Positions 60,052-64,000 of a stretch of 64,000 nucleotides of DNA are shown here, one piece after another (position 1 is the first letter of the stretch; the number at the start of each line of letters is the position of its first letter). Under the pieces are notes generated by a model. That model made no database searches and was not told the DNA's origin. It was given only the letters and a program-made list of their open reading frames with translations. The DNA is taken from the NCBI GenBank assembly GCA_025358455.1, contig JANYJP010000052.1, positions 8,643 through 72,642 of the forward strand. Reading direction: 5' to 3'. Position numbers and translations under genes: made by a program. This DNA comes from Bacteroidales bacterium. GTDB taxonomy: Bacteria; Bacteroidota; Bacteroidia; Bacteroidales; VadinHA17.

Positions 60052-60221
60052 TGTTACAGTTTTAAACTTTTCTATTATGATTAATTCCAATTTGTAGATT
60101 TCAAAGATACATCTGTAAAAATTATTCCGTGTAGGCAAGTCCTTAAAATCTTAATAATTATTAACTTTGGCCGCTTTTTGTGTAAATTTAAGATTGGCAA
60201 TAACAATAAAAAAGTAGAATC

Positions 60222-62168
60222 ATGGAAGGGACGGGCAGGCATCTGGATATTAAGAAACTCTCTCTTGCTGGTGTGCTGGTTACCCTTGGAATAGTTTTTG
60301 GCGATCTCGGTACCAGCCCTCTTTATGTGATGAAGGCAATAATGAGAGCAGGGGGTGAATTTAATGAACTTCTTGTTTATGGGGCTTTGTCATGTATTTT
60401 CTGGACACTTACGCTGCAGACTACAACGAAGTATGTAATAATAGCTCTTCGGGCCGACAATAACGGTGAGGGTGGCATACTTGCCTTGTTTGCATTAATA
60501 AAAAAGAAATCTTCGTGGGCAGCTATTCTGACAATGATTGGAGCATCCGCATTGCTGGCTGATGGAGTTATTTCACCTGCTATTACTGTTACCTCTTCCA
60601 TAGAAGGGTTGAAGCTTTTCAATCCGGATATTCCGGTTGTTCTGGTGGTGCTTTTTATTTTTGCCATACTCTTCTTTATTCAGCAATTCGGAACCAATTT
60701 TATTGGTAGTTCATTTGGCCCGATGATGGTCATCTGGTTTTTAATGCTGGGAATCCTCGGCTTTTCAAATTTAATTCAGAATCCAGGTATTCTTCAGGCT
60801 ATTAACCCGGCCTATGCATTCCGGTTCCTGCATGAATATCCGGGCGGCTTCATTCTTCTTGGTGCGGTATTTCTCTGCACAACAGGAGCAGAGGCTCTTT
60901 ATGCCGATCTGGGTCATTGCGGTAAAGCAAATATAAGAGTTTCGTGGATTTTTGTGAAGATTGCTTTGCTGATTAACTATTTTGGTCAGGGTGCGTGGCT
61001 TATGGCAAATGGTTTTCCGGGTGAGGGTGTTAATCCATTTTTTGGGATAATGCCAAAATGGTTTTTATTACCCGGAATATTAATTGCTACAGCTGCTTCA
61101 ATTATTGCAAGTCAGGCCATTATAAGCGGATCTTTTACAATTGTCAAGGAGGCAGTTTCCCTTAATTTCTGGCCTAAGCTCAGGGTGTTAAATCCTACTT
61201 ATAACAGAGGACAGGTGTACATTCCATTCGTGAATGGATATCTGTGGCTGGCCTGCAGTATTGTAGTTATCATTTTCAAGGAGTCGGCCAATATGGGCGC
61301 AGCATATGGTTTGGCCATTACCATAACAGAATTGATGACTACATTCCTGCTAACATATTATTTATTTCAAAAAGGATTAAATCACCGGTTAGTATTGATA
61401 TTTTTCCTCGTTTATCTTACTATAGAAGGAAGCTTCCTGGTAGCTAACCTTCATAAATTTAATGATGGAGGATGGTTTACTTTACTTGTTACATCCATAT
61501 TTTTCATTATTATGTATGGTTGGTATTTTGGACGGAAATTGAAAAACAGATATGTAACCTTCACCTACCTGAGCAAGTACTATGAAATGTTTAAAGACCT
61601 GTCAAAGGATAATTCTGTTCCAAAGACTGCAACCAACCTTGTTTACATTATAAAGGCCAACAGGCATGACCAGGTTGAATCAAAAGTGATTTATTCAATA
61701 TTCAATAAACAACCCAAGCGGGCAGATACTTATTGGTTGCTGCATGTTAACGGGGTTGACGATCCAAACAGGTTTGAATATGAGGTAACCGAGATTATTC
61801 CAGGCATACTTATAAGAGTCGATTTTCATATTGGATTCAAGGTAGAACCAAAGATCAATCTTTATTTTAAAGAGGTTTTAGAGGATTTAATTGGATCAGG
61901 ACAAATAAAACTTGAAAGTAGTTATCCTTCTCTAAGGAAGCATTCTTTCCCTGCAGATTTCAGATACGTTTTGATTGACAGGATAATGCCCCGTGACTAC
62001 AAGCTTTCAAACAGTGAGAATTTAACTCTTACACTTCATAGCATGTCACGGTTACTATGCATTTCTGATATAAAAGCCCTGCAACTTGATGCCTCTAATA
62101 CTATTGAAGAACAGGTTCCTATTACAATTGATCAGCCTGTTCCCTTCAGAATAAAGCGCATACAATAA
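60222..62168 (+). CDS. kup: KUP/HAK/KT potassium transporter, copy 1
   Basis: LGIVFGDLGTSPLY, GEGG..AL, DGVI.PA, TGAEALYADLGH, AAYG. Confidence 0.96.
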   Translation: MEGTGRHLDIKKLSLAGVLVTLGIVFGDLGTSPLYVMKAIMRAGGEFNELLVYGALSCIFWTLTLQTTTKYVIIALRADNNGEGGILALFALIKKKSSWAAILTMIGASALLADGVISPAITVTSSIEGLKLFNPDIPVVLVVLFIFAILFFIQQFGTNFIGSSFGPMMVIWFLMLGILGFSNLIQNPGILQAINPAYAFRFLHEYPGGFILLGAVFLCTTGAEALYADLGHCGKANIRVSWIFVKIALLINYFGQGAWLMANGFPGEGVNPFFGIMPKWFLLPGILIATAASIIASQAIISGSFTIVKEAVSLNFWPKLRVLNPTYNRGQVYIPFVNGYLWLACSIVVIIFKESANMGAAYGLAITITELMTTFLLTYYLFQKGLNHRLVLIFFLVYLTIEGSFLVANLHKFNDGGWFTLLVTSIFFIIMYGWYFGRKLKNRYVTFTYLSKYYEMFKDLSKDNSVPKTATNLVYIIKANRHDQVESKVIYSIFNKQPKRADTYWLLHVNGVDDPNRFEYEVTEIIPGILIRVDFHIGFKVEPKINLYFKEVLEDLIGSGQIKLESSYPSLRKHSFPADFRYVLIDRIMPRDYKLSNSENLTLTLHSMSRLLCISDIKALQLDASNTIEEQVPITIDQPVPFRIKRIQ

Positions 62169-62242
62169 TACAGTAATGATATATTTTGATAAATAATTTT
62201 GCCGCTTCTTACCGGGAAACATCAGGATTTGAATAGTTAATA

Positions 62243-64000
62243 ATGAAAGAAACAAATCATCATATCAATATAAACAAGATCTCTGGCGCAGGGTTATTAG
62301 TTACGCTTGGTATTGTCTTTGGCGATATAGGAACTAGTCCCCTTTATACTGTAAAAGCGATCATTGGCAGTGCAAAAACTTTTAATGAACTCCTAATATA
62401 CGGTGCACTCTCCTGTATCTTCTGGACACTCACCCTTCAGACGACTATAAAATATGTTTTGATCACGCTTCAGGCTGACAATAAGGGTGAAGGAGGGATC
62501 TTCGCTCTTTTTGCTCTGATCAGGAGAAAATCAGCCTGGGCGGCAATTCTTACAATGATCGGCGGCGGAGCATTACTTGCAGACGGGGTAATAACTCCGG
62601 CAATAACGGTTACTTCATCAATTGAGGGATTGAAACTTATTAGTCCCGGGATCCCGGTCATCCCGATAGTTCTAATAATTTTTGTTGTTCTCTTTTTCAT
62701 GCAGCAGTTCGGGACAAATGTAGTTGGGGTAGCATTTGGACCTATGATGGTAGTATGGTTTTTAATGATTGGTACCCTTGGATTATCCCAGTTAATGATA
62801 CATCCTGATATTCTCAGGGCTCTCAGCCCTGTTTATGCTGTGCGTTTTTTGAGTGAGTACCCTGGTGCTTTCATACTTCTGGGTGCTGTCTTTCTCTGTA
62901 CCACAGGAGCTGAAGCGTTGTATTCTGATCTTGGTCATTGCGGACGGAAAAATATCAGGATATCATGGATTTTTGTTAAAACTGCACTGATCCTCAATTA
63001 TTTCGGTCAGGGTGCATGGCTTTTAACTAATTATAAAGCAGGCGTTGAGGTAATTCCTTTTTTTGCAATTATGCCAAAATGGTTTCTTCTTTCAGGAGTA
63101 CTAATTGCTACTGCAGCATCAGTTATTGCAAGTCAGGCGCTGATCAGCGGATCATTCACACTTTTAAGCGAAGCCGTTTCTCTTAACTTCTGGCCCAAAA
63201 TTAAGATAATTAATCCAACATTTGTCAGAGGTCAGGTTTACCTGCCATTCGTAAACTGGACCCTGTTTATAATGTGCAGTCTTGTAGTACTGTTCTTTAA
63301 GGAATCGTCAAATATGGAAGCTGCTTATGGCCTGGCTATCACTATCACAATGATAATGACCACACTACTTTTGTCATACTACCTTTATCAGAAAGGTGTT
63401 AATTACCGCTTTTCCATTTTATTATTATTAGTATTCCTTACGATTGAAGGTAGTTTTCTAATTTCAAATCTACATAAATTCAAATATGGAGGGTGGTTTA
63501 CCCTGCTTTTGGCTGCTCTTTATTTCCTTATCATGTTCAGCTGGTACTTCGGGCGAAAAATAAAAAACCGTCGTATCTCATTCTCCAAACTTGAGGGCTA
63601 TCTTGGAGCATTCAAAGACCTGAGGGTAGATAAAACTGTACCCAAGATTGCTACTAATCTTGTCTATATAATTAGAGCGAATAAACAGGACCAGGTCGAA
63701 TCAAAAGTCCTTTATTCGATCTTCAACAAACAACCAAAAAGAGCTGACAGATACTGGTTTCTGCATGTTGACAGGGTCGATGAACCCAATCGTTTTGATT
63801 ACAAGGTAAATCATATTATTCCAGGGGTTCTGATCAGAGTGGATTTCCATATAGGATTTAAAATTGATCCGAAAATTAACCTCTATTTCAAAGAGATCGT
63901 TGAAGATCTTGTGAAGTCAGGTGAGATAAAACTCGAGAGTAGTTATGATTCACTTAAAAAACATGGTTACCCGGGAGATTTTAAGTTTGTGCTTCTTGAA
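62243..64000 (+). CDS. kup: KUP/HAK/KT potassium transporter, copy 2 (runs off window)
   Basis: Hand translation MKETNHHININKISGAGLLVTLGIVFGDIGTSPLY...TGAEALYSDLGH; missing from the ORF track, consistent with no stop inside the window. Confidence 0.93.
   Translation, partial: MKETNHHININKISGAGLLVTLGIVFGDIGTSPLYTVKAIIGSAKTFNELLIYGALSCIFWTLTLQTTIKYVLITLQADNKGEGGIFALFALIRRKSAWAAILTMIGGGALLADGVITPAITVTSSIEGLKLISPGIPVIPIVLIIFVVLFFMQQFGTNVVGVAFGPMMVVWFLMIGTLGLSQLMIHPDILRALSPVYAVRFLSEYPGAFILLGAVFLCTTGAEALYSDLGHCGRKNIRISWIFVKTALILNYFGQGAWLLTNYKAGVEVIPFFAIMPKWFLLSGVLIATAASVIASQALISGSFTLLSEAVSLNFWPKIKIINPTFVRGQVYLPFVNWTLFIMCSLVVLFFKESSNMEAAYGLAITITMIMTTLLLSYYLYQKGVNYRFSILLLLVFLTIEGSFLISNLHKFKYGGWFTLLLAALYFLIMFSWYFGRKIKNRRISFSKLEGYLGAFKDLRVDKTVPKIATNLVYIIRANKQDQVESKVLYSIFNKQPKRADRYWFLHVDRVDEPNRFDYKVNHIIPGVLIRVDFHIGFKIDPKINLYFKEIVEDLVKSGEIKLESSYDSLKKHGYPGDFKFVLLE

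Noticed and set aside
60140-60221. c-di-AMP riboswitch upstream of kup
   Set aside because: The leader is short and AT-rich with no ydaO-type consensus.
108-62700. Many 60-205 aa ORFs antisense to or overlapping clear genes (e.g. 28226-28843, 29495-30019, 6025-6444)
   Set aside because: They are shadows of well-supported coding sequences and have no recognisable motifs of their own.

Overview
AT-rich chromosomal window from an anaerobic or nanaerobic Bacteroidota (Bacteroidales-like) genome. The assignment rests on TAnnTTTG promoters, porQ, type-B L31, DUF4492-cydAB and DUF4290-murA. Most of the window is housekeeping: ispH/cmk, lon, coaD, pyrE, birA, rsfS, ftsH, cdsA/psd/pssA, parAB, dnaJ/grpE, murA and two kup genes. 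I saw no transposase, integrase, prophage or CRISPR array. The main feature is a ~15 kb respiratory locus (3.4-18.2 kb). It holds etfBA, a split ETF:menaquinone oxidoreductase-like Fe-S/heme b protein and an acyl-CoA dehydrogenase. These are followed by a monoheme lipoprotein, a DUF5777-like beta-barrel, a heptaheme cytochrome c with a cytochrome b (CbcBA-like), a monoheme cytochrome, a hexaheme lipoprotein with one CX4CH motif, a Crp/Fnr regulator and a fused CcsBA. Both cytochrome promoters carry three Crp/Fnr-type boxes phased at 22 bp. Together this suggests a co-regulated porin-cytochrome extracellular electron transfer pathway (inference). Other notable items are an unannotated 38-aa membrane ORF after cydB (candidate bd oxidase small subunit), a single-chain SGNH-MBOAT O-acyltransferase next to a lytic transglycosylase, aspA-hydF, sigma54-type promoters at lon and grpE, and several nested palindromes and short tandem repeats. 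All calls come from reading motifs by eye; no database search was run.
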